Shown here: piece after piece, positions 14,001-29,100 of the stretch
Numbering within the stretch: the first letter of the stretch is position 1
Layout of the letters: the number at the start of each line of letters is the position of its first letter
IMG/VR virus record: IMGVR_UViG_3300028591_000013
Span: 1-64,000 of that record
Reading direction: 5' to 3' (one strand)
Source of the DNA: a virus
Lineage: Duplodnaviria > Caudoviricetes
Length of the DNA: 64,000 nt
The notes under the pieces: model-generated
Database searches by the model: none
What the model was told of the DNA's origin: nothing
Seen by the model: only the letters and a program-made list of their open reading frames with translations
Translations under genes and position numbers: made by a program

Positions 14001-17000
14001 AAGTCAACGAAGATAAATTTGTACATTAGCTCGGTATATCTATAGGGAAAGACTTTAAGACTGGAGAAGAATTACAATTGTTTAAAAATGCTAAACAAAG
14101 TCTTAAAACTCTCGCCGATGTAGAAGATCATCTGGCATATAACGAAGAAGCTCACGAGCAACTTAAAGAAGCTTATCTTGATCTTATAAAATGGAATAAC
14201 GAACTTGATTCTGCAAATAAGTCTTTTGAAAATCTAGTAGGAAAACGCGAACAGGATGAAAATGGAGAAATGCATTATGTTGGTGGAAATGCTGTAAATA
14301 CAATGAAGAATATACAGCAGATAAAAGATGCCGACGATGCGTTTGAACAAGCTGTAGAACAAGTATTTCAAGAAGATTTAAAAGCTTAGCATCTCAATGA
14401 AGAAAATGCTTGGCGTGAACAAGAAATAGAGCCTAGAATAAAAAAGCCTGTATTGAACTCAAAGGGAGAACAGATACAGGTATAGAGAAGTTAGGATGGA
14501 TATATAAACAGACGTCTAGCAGATAATGAGACTGTAGATGACCTTGGGTATTTATGGAAATACGAAGACGGTAATCCAGACGATCCTTTGAACAGAATAG
14601 ACAGAGGCGCCATTACTCCTGCCGGTAACGCAGAACAAGATCGTAGAGCATTTAGAGATGCTTGGGCTAACATTACAGGCACTCAGCTTCCTCTTACTCC
14701 AGAGGGTATGGTAGAGCGTCGTCAGAGAACTTTATTTGAAGAAGCTAGAAAGAACGGATGGCCTGAACCAGCTCCAGAGCCAGAAAAGAGAACAGACTAT
14801 AAGAGTTTGGTTGAGTCTTACTATGAAAGAAGAAATAGACTTGTTCCTCCGTCTACTCCACCAACCCCACCTACTCCTCCTATTGTACACAATGACGATC
14901 CTCAACAAGATGTACTTGATATGTTAGAAGCCAAATACGAAGAGGATAAAAAAGTTGTACAAAACAATCCTGATGGATATGACACCACGAGTCAAGACTA
15001 TTTTATTGAAAACGACGGAAAAATAGTAAGAGCCTCTCGTGTACATAATATTAAACCAGAATCGTATAATCGTCCGGATCAAAATAAACAAATAGAAGAT
15101 ATATATAATCGCTTTAAAGAAGCCAAATCGTTAAAGGATGTAGAAGATATAATGATAGAATATGTCGATCCAAATCCAGACGAGTTTGAAGAAATTCATA
15201 CATATCATTTATATATTTAGGATAATTAGAACACGTTTTTTAATAATCCAACAAGCGATTCAATAAAAGAATATCAAACAACAATAAGAAATCTTTCTCA
15301 AGCAATAGTAAACAATTGGCATACAGCTGGAGTATCTGTGAAGGTTGGTAATGTTGTAGATGAACTTTTAAGAAACTTTTTTGGCTCTTTTGAATTTGCA
15401 GACTATGCTCAAACAGAAGAAGGTATAGAAAAGCTATTCAACGGGTGGACTACCGAATCGGATGGCCGTGCATATAAAGAAATATTTAAAGGTAACATAG
15501 AACCTTTTAAAAATCTTATACACGATTTACAGAATCAATACGATTATTATACTAAAACGTTAAAATGGAAATTAAGTACACTTCCATTTACATGGAGAGC
15601 TAAGTTTAATGAGCTTGGTTGGGTTGCTGGTCAGACTGATATGATTGGTGTGGATAAAGAAGGAAAGGTTCATATTATAGACTTTAAAACTTCTAAATAT
15701 ACATTCTGGAATGCATATCCACCAAACATACAGCTAACGTCTACTTATCAAAGCGATTTAGGTATACTTACAGAAGATGATTTTTATACTGATTCTGGTA
15801 GATTAAGTAGAAAAGCTAGGAATGTTCTTCGCGCTATTAAGAACGACAATAAAAATTCTAAAATAGACTTAGAGTGGCAAAACGGTCGAGCCGTTGTTGT
15901 AAACAAGATAAGACCTTTTGTAAGTCTTCCTAATGTACAATATGGGCAACAGTTGTCTTCATATGAGGATTATAGCAACCAGCTTACTGCTTATGCAGAA
16001 ATGATAAAAGCTGAAGGATTTGATGTAGCTTCTATAGAAATACTCCCAATTAAAGTTCAATACGATTATGAGTTTACTGAAGCCGGTAATGGATTAAATA
16101 GTGCTACATTAGAACCCAGAGTATTCCTTACGTTCAGCAGCAAGATGTTAAATATTCTTGACGGTATTGAATCTAGAGACTATCAGGCTTTATAGAATGT
16201 AAAAGAAGATTTGCATAATTCTATAGGACATATTGACTATAAGTTGTCGCAACTAGAAGAGAAGGTAACAGACGATGTGTTCAATGAATTGTCAGAACAA
16301 GGCAAGCTTCTTTATTCTGATTTTGTTACACAAGTAAATAACATCGTTGCAGAAGTAGATTAGACTCTGTATAACACAAATTTTAAAGACGATATTGATG
16401 TATATCGCTCTTAGTTATCAGAAGTAGATAGGTTGTTAGAAGAGTTTGATCAGTTCTTAAAAGATCTTAGAACAGATTATAATTAGGCTAGGCTAAAAGC
16501 TACTCAACAAGCTGAAAACGAAGCTAAACGAAATCTTTAGAAGCAGAGAGAACAACAAGCTGGTCCAGCTGTAGGTACTGTACAATCTCCAAATAAGAGA
16601 GACAGTCAAGGTAACGTTAGTCACACTAACTTGAATTATCAAAGAATAAATGGGGATAGAGAATTAGCGCTTGCTACAATAGCTCCAAACTTTATAGATG
16701 ATGCAGATATTACTCTATATATAGATGGAGATGATATATACTGCGACATTCTGTTTGAAGGTAAGACTTGGCAAAGGGTGCTGATTGATTCTAAGTACAA
16801 TAATACATGGATGCCAAACGGAAAGATGTTGTATGACACAATAAAACAACTTCAATCCGAAGCAAAACCAGGCGAGAAGATCGTGCCTGTTAAGGCTACA
16901 ATGTATAGAACCAACGGTAGAATAAATCTTGCTGTAGATAAAGATGGTAAACTTACTTACAATGATGTAAGAAATACCGATTTGTTTGCTGGTCAGGATA

Positions 17001-20000
17001 TATATGATATAGAATTTTCTGCTGCATACGGTTCTCTTGGATTTGTAGACAACAACGGACAAGTAGTTACATTTGACACTAGCGAAACAGACAGGAAACC
17101 GATCGGTCAGTGGTCAAACGTAAAAATGGCTTCTAAACAAGGCACGCTTATATATAAAAAGCGCATGCCGAAGAATGAAAGAAGCAATTCCGAAGTATAT
17201 GTGGCTATCGATAGAGTAAAAATGTCTCCAAACGATACAGACTTTATAGTAGAAGCTCTAAAGAATCATACACAACTTGATAGAACATACTTTAAGGAAA
17301 TAAACGGCACTACTTATAATCTGCACGCTACTCCTAGACAGATTATTAATCTTATGATTCCTATTGTCGACGATCCTCAACGCCTTGGTAACTTTGACTC
17401 TATAATACGAGATCCAAACAATCAGAATGTTGTTTATATCATGAAGAGGCAAGATTTAGCAGCAAATACTACAGGAAGAGGCAGATTTGATCTTGCTGTT
17501 GATGCAGATGTTGCTAAATTTAAAGCAGAACTACAATCTATGTCTATTGCAGAAAGGCATGACGTCTTAATGAGTAGACTCGGGTCGTTTAATTCTACAG
17601 AAGGCGCACTTCCTTTTGGTGGTATAAGATAGTTTTTTGTTGAACAAAACGGTGCTATAATTTCGCTTGATATAACAGACACTATTAAATTTGATCTTGA
17701 AGATTTTAAAGTAGTTAAATCTACATCCGGTGTTACTAGACAAGGCGTAAACGGTTTTGCATACTATCTTAAACACGGAATGCTTCGTACTCAATATGCA
17801 AATATGGGAGGAGCTAATGTGGAGATAAAAGATGCAATGATTGACAGAGGGCAACCAGTGGATATTAGTGCAAACGGTGTACAGTCTGTACCAAATGTTC
17901 CAGAATCTACCCCCATTGGAAGTGTATCGACAGTTATAGATACAAGCAGTGTAGACGACTTGTTTAAAATAGCAGATCCTTCTAAGAAGACCAAACCTAT
18001 ATCAGAAGAGAAGGCTCGTAAGCATATTGCTGAGATTCTTGGAGAACACGTTCCTGTAGAATTTCAATCTACATTTATCAAAGTAGCAAGTGGAGCAGCT
18101 CATGTTGTAGGTAATTGTAAAGCAGATGCTATTGTTCTTTCTAGTTATGCTTGGCCTGGTGTAGAATATCACGAAGCATTCCATAGAGTATTTGAATTGT
18201 TATTACCATCTCATGAAAGAGATGCTATATATCAGAAAATAGCAGAACGTATCGGGGTCGAATTATATCAAGACGGAAAAGAAAATAAACAAGCATTTAG
18301 AGAAGTTGCTGAATATGCTGCAGATCATTACATGGAACATATGCAGCATCATATGACTGATTTAAAAATACCGTTCTTAACTAAGATATACAATAAGATT
18401 CACGATTGGGTTTCTATGCTGTGGCATTGGAGCGATAGAGATTTATACAAGACGTTCATCAAAGTAAATGACGGCAAATATAAGAACGCTATACCGTCTA
18501 AGAAAGCTATAGAACGTTTCAATAGATTGTATAATGAACTTTATTGTCAGATACATGGAATTGAATTTGAACATATAGTAAATCGTCCTATGTACGATAA
18601 ACTTCGTCAGAATGTCATGTTCTGTATATTATATGGTCAAAATGTAGATCCTTCTGGTAGAAATATCCAAGAAATAGGAAAGCATATAGATAAAGAAACA
18701 TTCTTAGCTGGCGCAGAAAGACTTAAGAAAGGTGGTATAGATATCTTTGGAGATACTACAGATATACCTACTGTAGGCCAGCTTGCAATGAAAGAGATAT
18801 ATGATAACTTCGATAATGAAGTTTTACGTGATGACATTGCGAATGATATCTCCGTGTTGTCTACTGACTTTGTTAAGCAAATAGAAGAAGATTCTATAGA
18901 AGATGCTCAATCAGACGATGTAACAAACGCAAGCATAGGTGAGCACACAAGAAGTTCATATGAATTTAGTAGATTTAGTAAGACTTCTAGTAGAGTACGT
19001 TTCTTCTTCGCCACCATACCGGATACTAAATACGAGAAAGTAAAAGAAATTGGCCAAGACGGAAAATCTGTTGTAAAGCAAAAAGAAGTTCTGGCATTAA
19101 ATGAACTTGGTTTGCCTCAGTATGCACCTGTTGGAGTTGTATTTAATGAGTTCTTAAATTTCTTCCATGATATTGATACTATATCAGAACTTAAAGCAAG
19201 ACTTGAGTATCTTGCAAAAGAAGATCCTCTTTACAGTCGTCTTTATAAAGCCATAGATAAGATTGATAAATCTGTTTATACAGTAAAAGACGGTGTAATG
19301 ACAAGAAACTCCGATCAGGAAGCTTTACTTGTACAGTTGATGAATATTATCAGATCTAATAAGCATAATTTTGATATAGCAAGATCTACTTCGCATAACA
19401 ATGGAAACGGCTTATAGAGAATAAATATACAAACTACTGATGCTGATTATAATGCAACATTCTATCCTACTCAATGGAACCAAATGCTTGTAAACGGAGG
19501 TACTCCGGTCATAAAGGTATCTCAAGACGGATCTTTGAGATTTAATCCGGCCATAAAAGGAGTAGAGTTTACGTTCTAGAAAATATCAGAGTTATTCTCG
19601 CATGGAGCGCAAATTAAAACTGCAGAAAACGGATCCAGTTATACAGATGTTGGTATTAAAGAGTGGCTTTCTAATGCTGTAGTAGGTGGCGAATTTAATA
19701 AATATTTAAAGCTAAAGATAAACGGAAAGTCTGCTTATTACAACAATCCTAAAAATCCAGAACAATTAGAAGTTGTAAAAGATAAGATTGTACAAGCTTT
19801 GAATATGATCGGTATTCAGTTTAGTGGTGACGAGTTCAACTATATGTTGCGTCATAAATACGGATCTACTGATTACGAAGCGTTATCTAGAATGTTCTCT
19901 TCTACATCCTTCTAGGATTCTATGACGTCATTCTTGCAATTCTTAAGAGATGCTGCGTCTAACGGAAAGCTTAACCAGGAAGTATATATAAGAGGTAAAA

Positions 20001-23000
20001 AAGTAAAAATAGAAAACGCATATTCAAAACTTGCATTTATTAGAGAACTTGCTAACTGGAAGTACGCATATAGACATGCACATGATCAATTAACAGTACT
20101 CGCTACAGGAAATAATAAGTTCTACGAGATATCAGATAACAACTATATTTCGGACGTAACTAGATATATAAACAAGAGGTCTTCTGAATTTGAAGACCTC
20201 AAGAATGATCCTTATGTGTTCTATGAAGGAGAAGCTGATATTACTGGTGTAAAACCTGTATACGGCTCTTTAATACTAAAAGAGATTACTGACAACCCTG
20301 ATGCTTTTATAACTCTTAGAAACTTTGTTGGTTTTAAGACAGATAAACGTGGCGATTACGGCTCTGATTACTTTGAAATAAGTAAACAAGAAGATTACGT
20401 GTCTAAAGCCACAATTCTCGAACAAGGAGGTATTATAATGCCAACTCTTTCTGATAAAAAGACTTGGGTATATGTAGACGGAATAAAGCTTCCTGGACTC
20501 GATTATTCTGGTACGGTAGACGATGCTGGTAACACGGTAGCGATGGCTGCGGAGACGCTCGGAGACTAGTTTGTAATTAGTGCAGATCCAATGTCTCAGC
20601 TTGATGAAGTGCTGTCTCAGAAAGAAGACGTTGTAGATAGATTTATTTCTTACGCGATGTCTGAATATCAGTCTATCAAAAAGGCAGATAGAGACCTTGA
20701 TGAAATGGAGGCCAACGGAACAAAAGGCGAGGAAGTTGCTAACTACTACAATAAGGAGCAGGGTGCAATGTTCAGTTCTCTACTTGGAGTATGGGTTTCT
20801 ACGTATAAGAATGATGCTAACGGTCAACCTATTGTATCTGGTGAGAAGTTTATATCATTTAATAATAAGAAAAACGGCAGGACAAGAAAGGATAATATTA
20901 AAGATGCAGAGGATTACTTCTTCAAACAACCTCGTAATATTTAGAGAGCATTAATATCTAGACTTCTGCATAAGAGACTTTTAAAAGAAATAGATACGTG
21001 CGAAAAGCTTGGCCTAATTAAACGCGTAGAAAATTCGAATAGCGTATTTGGAGACTATGAAAATGTAGGCTTGAACAACCAGGCTATTGATATAATCTAC
21101 AAATCTATTGTTCTTAAGAATGGACAGCCAAAAGACGGTATTGCTACTCAAAGATATAAGTCTCTTGCTGTAATGATTTATCTAAATGATATATCAAACA
21201 AGTCTATTATGTCTGGACAGGAAGTCGAAAGAGTATTCTCTGGAAATCCTGCATTCTATAAATGGAACTACGACGACAATGGTAATCTTATCGATCGTAC
21301 TGTAGACGAACTTAAACGTTTGGGTGGTCTTGTTTCTACTGGTAATAATAACTTTACGGAACTCAAGGACGTTCCTTCGAAATATCTTGATGAAAACGGT
21401 AACTTTAAAGGAACATATGTCGCAGCTGAAGTTGATAACGAGCTTATAGAATCTCCTCAAATTGAAGATATAGAAGAACAGATGACTTATGGCGAGATAT
21501 CTGTTGCCACTTATCTGCAAGAAGAAGAGAAGGCTATAAATGAATATAGAGATAGAAGAGACGCTTTGCTATAGGAATATAACAGAGGTTCTGAACTTGA
21601 TGAAGAAGATCGACAGTTCTTAGAAAATTCTAACCCAAAAATAGACGAACAACAAATAAGAGAAGATGTTTCTGAACGTATAGACGCGATGTCTATTGAA
21701 GATATGAAACAGATACTCAGTCCTAAAGCACTTCAAATTGCTGAACGTAAAGCTAAAGAGGCAACTGATAGTTATCGTCTTAAATATAAGAACGGTAAGA
21801 TTGACGATGGTATTGATGTTGCAGATGGCGGTGCTTATATTACAGATACAATGGCAGAAATGCTTTTGCGCATGAATGGTAATTATAGTGCTGAAATACA
21901 GAATGCATTTAAGATACTTAGAGAAGAAGTTACTTCTAATCTGATGCAGAAGCATTAGGCATATCAACAAGTTGTCACTAGCGTAATAGGTTCTCAAAAA
22001 TATACTGCGTTTGGTAGAAGATTGCATAAAGGTACTGGCATACAAGTTACTTATTATAATAAGATGGCATTGTTCCCATTGTTCAAATGTATCGCTACTG
22101 GTAAAATGCAGAATATATTCAATAAGATGAAGTCCCAAGGCATAGACATGCTGATGGTTAATTCTGCTGTAAAAGTAGGTAGCCAGGGATCTAAACCAAT
22201 TGAGTGGAATACTTATGCACAAAACCAAGAAGAATATTCTACGAAACCATCGTTTGACGAATCGTTTGAGTTTAATACATACGAACAGAAGTTCTTATAT
22301 CTTAGGAAACAGCTTAATACTGATCCTAAAGAAGAATCTATGATGAGTATGGGTACTCAGATGACAAAGGTTGTGATGTCATGTTTGTTTGACGGCCGCG
22401 ATTATGTCATGCAAGACGGTTCTACAATGACAGGAAGCGAATTGAGAAACGATATCATGAGCGCTATTAATACTCTATCAGATAGAGGTTATCATAATAT
22501 CGTTACTAGATTCTTTAAGACTGATTCAAACGGAAACGTTGTAGACAAGGACGGAAATATAGTTTTAGACGATTCTAGATACAAGATTCTTGACGAAGTT
22601 AAGTTTGCAAAAGAAGTTAGAAACATGATGCAAACCAAGGATCCTGACAGAAACATCATAGATGCTCTTGAGATAGTAGAATAGAAGAACAACGATGGTA
22701 CAACTTCTAAACATTTAAGATTACCACTTAACGCAATATCCAATTCTACCTGGATGGAGAGCGTACTTGTATCTTCTATAAACAAGAAAGTTGTTGATAT
22801 AGAAACTCCAGGTGCTGCATTCATTCAGAGATCTGTATGGGCTATGGAAGGATCTAGTATGTACGATATGACTTCTATACAAGGTGATACAGATCTTCCA
22901 CAATGGATAAATGGAGGTAAGCGTCTTCAAACGATCAATGAAGAGGGATCTATGGATTGTGTACTCAGTCTTGACTTCTTTAAGAAAATGTTTAAAGGAG

Positions 23001-26000
23001 AGCTTCCAGTAGTTCCTATTAGAGATAAGAATAGAAACCTTATATGGGATCTTATTCCAGAAACAGACAAGAACGGAAAAGTTAAGCTTGACGAGAACGG
23101 TAAGATTGTATACAAATAGAAGAAGGATAAAGACGGCAATCCTGTATTAGACAAGGATGGAAAACCTGTATATAAGAGAAAGATAAGAACCAGAGAAATG
23201 TCGTTTGACGAAACTAGAAACTGGTTGATGAATAGAGGTATAATTGGTCCAAACGCCACTGCAAATATAATCGGTTATCGTATTCCTACTCAGGCAGAGT
23301 CTTCTATACACGCTTTACGATGCGTAGATATACTTCCTGTAGTGAATGATACAGTTATACTTCCGGCAGAGTTTACCAAGATTACTGGTTCTGACTTCGA
23401 TATTGATAAACTGTTCTTGTCTTCTATACAATACAAAGTTAGTAGAGAAGAAGGCGAAGATGGTAAGTTCCATCAAACCGTATCTGATGTATTCAGCGAA
23501 TCTAGTTCTGCTTACTATCAGAACAAGCTTATTAAAGACTATTTAGCACTTCTATTAGACTGGAAGTCTATAGATGAGAAGAAACCTAGAACTACTAATA
23601 TTCTTCATAGATCTATCGATAATGATACAAAGCTTCTTAAAGATATTATAAAAGATATAGAAAGAGGAAAACCTGCAAATATAGAAGAGCCATATGCTTT
23701 CTATTCTTTAAGCGCACAAACAGAATCTAAGAACGATTATATTACTGGTAAGATTGGTATTGGTCCATTTGCATTGAATAACAACAACCATATTCTTACT
23801 ATGATGTATCACGTTAGATTCAAGCACATAGAATCTAGTATAATGTCAGAGCTTGGTCTTGAAAGTCTCGACAATAGAGAAGATAAAGATGGAGAATCTA
23901 TAATGTCTTGGATATCTGCTCTTATCAACGCTCACGTGGATATTGCTAAAGATCCTTATATTAGTAGACTCAACGTTAATCAGTTTACTTATAATATTGT
24001 GAACCTTCTTGTTAGAACAGGTCTTGGAAAGAAGACATTCTACTTTACAAGTCAGCCTATTATGAGGGCTCTTGCAGAAGCTTATATAAACGCCGGATCG
24101 TTGTATATGTCAGATCCGCATAAAGGCAAATTTAAGCTTCAACAGGAGGCGATCGACGAGACTGCTGATAAATGGTTCAAAGACCTTGGAGAAGACGCTT
24201 AGAATCAAATTAAAGCGGTAAAAGAGGGCGGTGTAAAGAACGCTAAGGTTAGAGAAGATATAAATAAGTAGATTCGTGAGTTGTTTGAAAGTGGTAGATT
24301 AGAAAAAGCAGCTAAATCAAATGATTATTCTATGCAAGACCAGCTTCTGGTATACCTTGCTTATTTACAGTTTGATAAGTATGCGAATGCTTTATCAAAT
24401 CTTGTCAAATACAGTAAGATTGATACCAAGAAACACGGTAAGAATATAGTAGAACAAATGATATATGAAAAAGGTTATGCGAAAACGTTCAATACTGGAC
24501 GAGAAGATAACCTGTTTGATCCTATTGGACTTGACGCAATGCAACATGATTCTTATATTGCTACTAAAACAAGCAATGCTATAGGCAGTGTAAGAGACAT
24601 TCTTTCTAGCCAATTTATTCAAAGTACTCCTGCATTCCAAGGGAGTGTAGATGTAATACTTGAGGCAATAGGTCGAACCGAATCTCTATCTACTACTCTT
24701 GTAACAAAAGTATGCAATGCCTTAAGTGCAGCTATCAAATCTAAGTTCTTTGTAGACGAATACGTTCCTTAGATAACAACTAATCCTAACTATATGCACG
24801 ATCTTGTTAGCGAAAGTTAGGAATACTTAGATTTTAGTGTAGATCAACAAGGTTATGTTATAAAACTCAATGGAAATATAGTACACGATCTTACATCGTA
24901 TTGCAAAGGAACCTCTTATATCTTCTATCAAGGTAAAGCTTATCCCGTCTAGGTAAAGGCCGCAGATAATAATGCTAAAACGATTACTATAGACAAGCCT
25001 ATATCTAAAATATCTGGCAAGATATTGTTAAAGAACGGTAGAAATACTATATACGATAGATTTATGAAGTTGCAGACAGATATAGCAAATAATCCAGATT
25101 ATGCACAACTTAGATCTGAGTCAGGAGACATAAACAATAGATTACTTTCTATGATCGTGCCAGGTACGACTACAGAATATAAACCAGCATATGTTGTTGG
25201 AGAAACTCCAGATACATATGAAACTTCTAAGTTTATTAAGTTGTTTAATTTTGTAGAAGATAGTGGTAATACTGCAAATTATATAATAGACGGGTGGGAG
25301 GAACTTCTTTCTTATACGGATTCAGCTCACCCAGAAGCAGAAAAGACTATCAGAGAATTTGCTAGAGATCTGATCGTATACGCGTTTATTACTTCTGGAG
25401 ATAGAGGAGGCTTTACTAAGATGTTTAAGTATGTTCCTACTTCCTGGAGAGAAGAATCTGGGTATGGTCAGTTTATTTATAATAAACTAATGCAGTATCA
25501 GGTTGGTACAGAAACAGATATAGACATATCTGATGTCATATTAAACAACTGGTACGATAACGAGATTGTTCCTACTCATTATCTTATAGACAAGAAGAGC
25601 AAAACTTCTAACTTCATGCAGTACAAGACTAAAGTTAATGGAGTTCCTTATGGGTTCCCAACAATACTTGCTGCCCTTAAGAAGGACGGTAACAACTGGG
25701 TTCCTTATATTGACCCAGAAACAGCTCCTTTGTATATTAAGATACCTAGACGTCAAGACAGAAATGCAGAAAATAGTCAGCGTAGATACACTGTATATAA
25801 GATGCACAAGATTGCTATAGGTAATAATGGAGTTAAGTATCCTGTATATATAAAGGTTAATCCTAGAGGAAATTAGATATCCGGAGGCTTTATGATTACA
25901 GAGTATGGTAGAAGCGATAATATGAATACTCCAGAGTATACCATAAACGAAGAAGTTTTGAGCAAAACATATCAGGCTTCCGATATTGCAAGCCATATTA

Positions 26001-26179
26001 ATCTTGTGAAACATTCAGAACCAATTTATGCTTCTATAGTCGAAGGTCTTAATAGAGCTTGGAATAAAGAACAAGAGCAAGGAAGTGGAGTATCTGCTTA
26101 GGATATAAGAAATAAACAAAATAATAATTTTGATGACTCTTAGTTCTCTGATGACGCTATGAATCATTGTAAAAGTTAA
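11045..26179 (+). CDS. Giant virion RNA polymerase polyprotein, 5044 aa (TAG=Gln)
   Basis: All large + fragments from 11972 to 25892 share frame 2; gaps checked contain only TAG. Catalytic ITGSDFDIDKLF (DFDID at 23393-23407) preceded by YRIPTQ; HEAFH at 18170; GQTDMIGVD…IIDFKTSK nuclease at about 15620-15690; TAA at 26177. Confidence 0.9.
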
Positions 26180-26184
26180 GCGAT

Positions 26185-29100
26185 ATGAGTATAATATGTC
26201 CAAATTTTAGTAATCCCGATGTTGCTAGGGACTTTAATGAACTAGTAGAAGCAACGAGTGAGAAGGCGGCATATGCTATATGGTCGCTTAATAATGGAAA
26301 TGCTATAGATAAGGCCCCTAATGGGGCCTAGTCTAAGCTATTTGAAGATCTTTTGAATTATTTCGGCGGAGATAGAACTAGGGCAATAAAAGCAAAAGCA
26401 AATATATTTGGTAAACCTTTTATGGATTGGTTTGGCGATTGGATCGGAACAAATGCCGTATATGACGAAGAAGGAAATCGCGTAGACGAAGTATCTAAAG
26501 TTGTAGATGAAAGCGGGGAGCCTCTTGTTGTATACAGAATAGATACATCAGATTTCGAAGTCTTTGATAAAAATATGCTTGGAACCACACGTATTGATTT
26601 TTTTGGTGACGGGTTTTATTTTTCTAATGACTTAAAAGCAGTGAATCGATCTTACAAGGAACCAGGAAGAGCTGCAAGAGGGTTTTTCTTAAACATACGT
26701 CATTTTGATACATACGACTATCAAGATCAGCCTATATCCGGATTTCTTGGTGAAATGCCAAAAGACAGAATTATTACATTCGAATCTGCAGATGACGATT
26801 TTTATAAAGAATATATTGTAAAAGAACCAAACCAAATAAAGTCAATAAACAACGACGGCGCATTTACTGATGGAAATAATATATATCATAATCTAAAGTC
26901 GAGTTCTCCAAAATCAGTAAACGAAATTGCTTCTGTTATAGAAGATATTCTTAGGGACTATTATAATTTTCATAGATATTATGGACTCAAAGAGACTATT
27001 AATAACAGAAATAGAGCTATAAACGAGGATGTTATATTAAACGTAGAACGTGTTTTTGGATTTCCAGCAGGAACTATACAATTGTCAGAAAATGGTACAG
27101 GTGTAAAGATAAATAAACGTCTTATACAAGATAACATCGAACAGTTTAGAAATTCGATAAACCACAGCACTGTTACATATTATAAATATGCAATAAATCT
27201 TGTTGAGTTCATGAAGTCTAAGTTCCCGCAAATAAAAGGAATAAAATTTGCAGAATCTTCAGAATGGAACGGCAGATTTAAAGATGGATATGTTTATTTA
27301 AACTTTAATTCGTCTCTTGACATTGCTGCAGAAGAATGTTTACATCCGTTTATTGAGGCAATATTCAGTGAAAATAAACCATTGTTTAATCAGCTTTTAA
27401 ATGAAGCTCAAAAAGATTTTAAAGAATTAAGAGCTGAAATAGCAAAGACATATTCTGATAAAAAAGGGTTTAATGTACAAGATAGACAGAAAGAGCTAGT
27501 AACATAGGCTTTTGCTAGACATTTTTCTGAAGTATTTGAAGAAGAAAATAATATAGAAGGAAGGAAAAGTAAAAGTATATGGCAAAAGGCTTGGGATTGG
27601 ATCTTAGAAAAACTTAGCGTCAGTGGAGTAAAAGAACTTGGAAAAGACATGACGTTGCGTTAGCTTGCCGAAGCCGTATTCAAAGCTAATAATATATCTA
27701 TATCAGATACTTATTTCGTAGACGAAAAGTTTAATTTGTCGCAAGAATCGCAAGAAGCTCTAGACCAATCTATAACTCGCCAAATGTATGATATAGGTGT
27801 TAATATAGATACTGAGCGTCAATAGTATATTAGAAGTATAGTAGATCAATATAAGCAATCTAATCCAAATGCAAATCAAACTAGTATATCTAGAGTTATG
27901 AACAACGCTAGAAAGTCTTTTGATACTGATAAATCAAACCAGATAATGTAGCAGAAACAACAAATTCTTGCACAATCGTTTGGTCTATCTATGAATCAAA
28001 AAGGCTTCTTTGAGAGTTCAGAAACTACATAGAAGAAACTAATGCTTGAACATTTCATAAATAGCCTTCAAGAAGCCACTTTTAAGGCTTACAGCCTTGA
28101 AAATATCAACAGAGGTAAGTATGAATAGGTTGGTGCTGTTTAGAGCGCTGGAAGCGTCGCAAATGTTCTTTATAACGCAATATACAACGGTGATCTAACT
28201 ACTCTCGATAAAGAACTTGCTAGAGACTATGTTAGAATGTTCTGGACTTCACCTTTAATTCAGTCTGCATTAGATGTATTAAATACAAATAATAAGACTG
28301 CAAAATAGATAGAAGATGATCTTGTTGAGCATATGACTAAAGATCCAGTATCTGAAAGGAGTAACGCCATCATAGATTGGTTTAGAAACATGTGGCAACA
28401 ACTCAATCAACTTGTACATACTGTATTTGGAGCACATGTGTTTACAGATCAACAGAAAGAAGATATTCTTAAAGCTGTTGATGCAGCATTTATGGTTGCT
28501 GAAGATATGGAACTTGCTCAAGAAGGTTCAAAAATTCTCGATAGAGAAGATGGGGATTTCTCTACTTCAGATTTACTTTCTGATAAAGATAAATCTATAC
28601 TTTCTGATATATACAATGGAACAAAAACTCGTTTACGTTCTCAACAAGCAAGAACTGCGCAAGATCCAAAGCTTATTTCTGATTTAAAGAGTAGACTTGA
28701 GATTATAGACGGTAAAGACTAGGATTCTATAGAAGATACGTTTAATATAATTGAGGATTTCTTATTGTTCGCCAATAAAGAAATAGGACAAACACAGTAT
28801 ATGATAGACAGTAAATTCCTTGTTTCTGGTGATATGAACACTTGGGATCCGCAAGAAATAAACTTTATTTAGCAAGATCTTATTGGTCACTATGATAGTT
28901 TACTTAACAGTATATTTGAGCTATTTTCAGATAAATCTTCTGCAATAAATAAATATAATGAACACAGAGTAAACACAGATCCAAATAAAGTAGATCTAAA
29001 GAACGTCGTATCTCAACTTATTAGATCTATAGATTCTATCAAAAAGGATTACAACTAGAGTATAGTAAAGCCTTATGTAAGAAAGATTCTTACAGACTAC

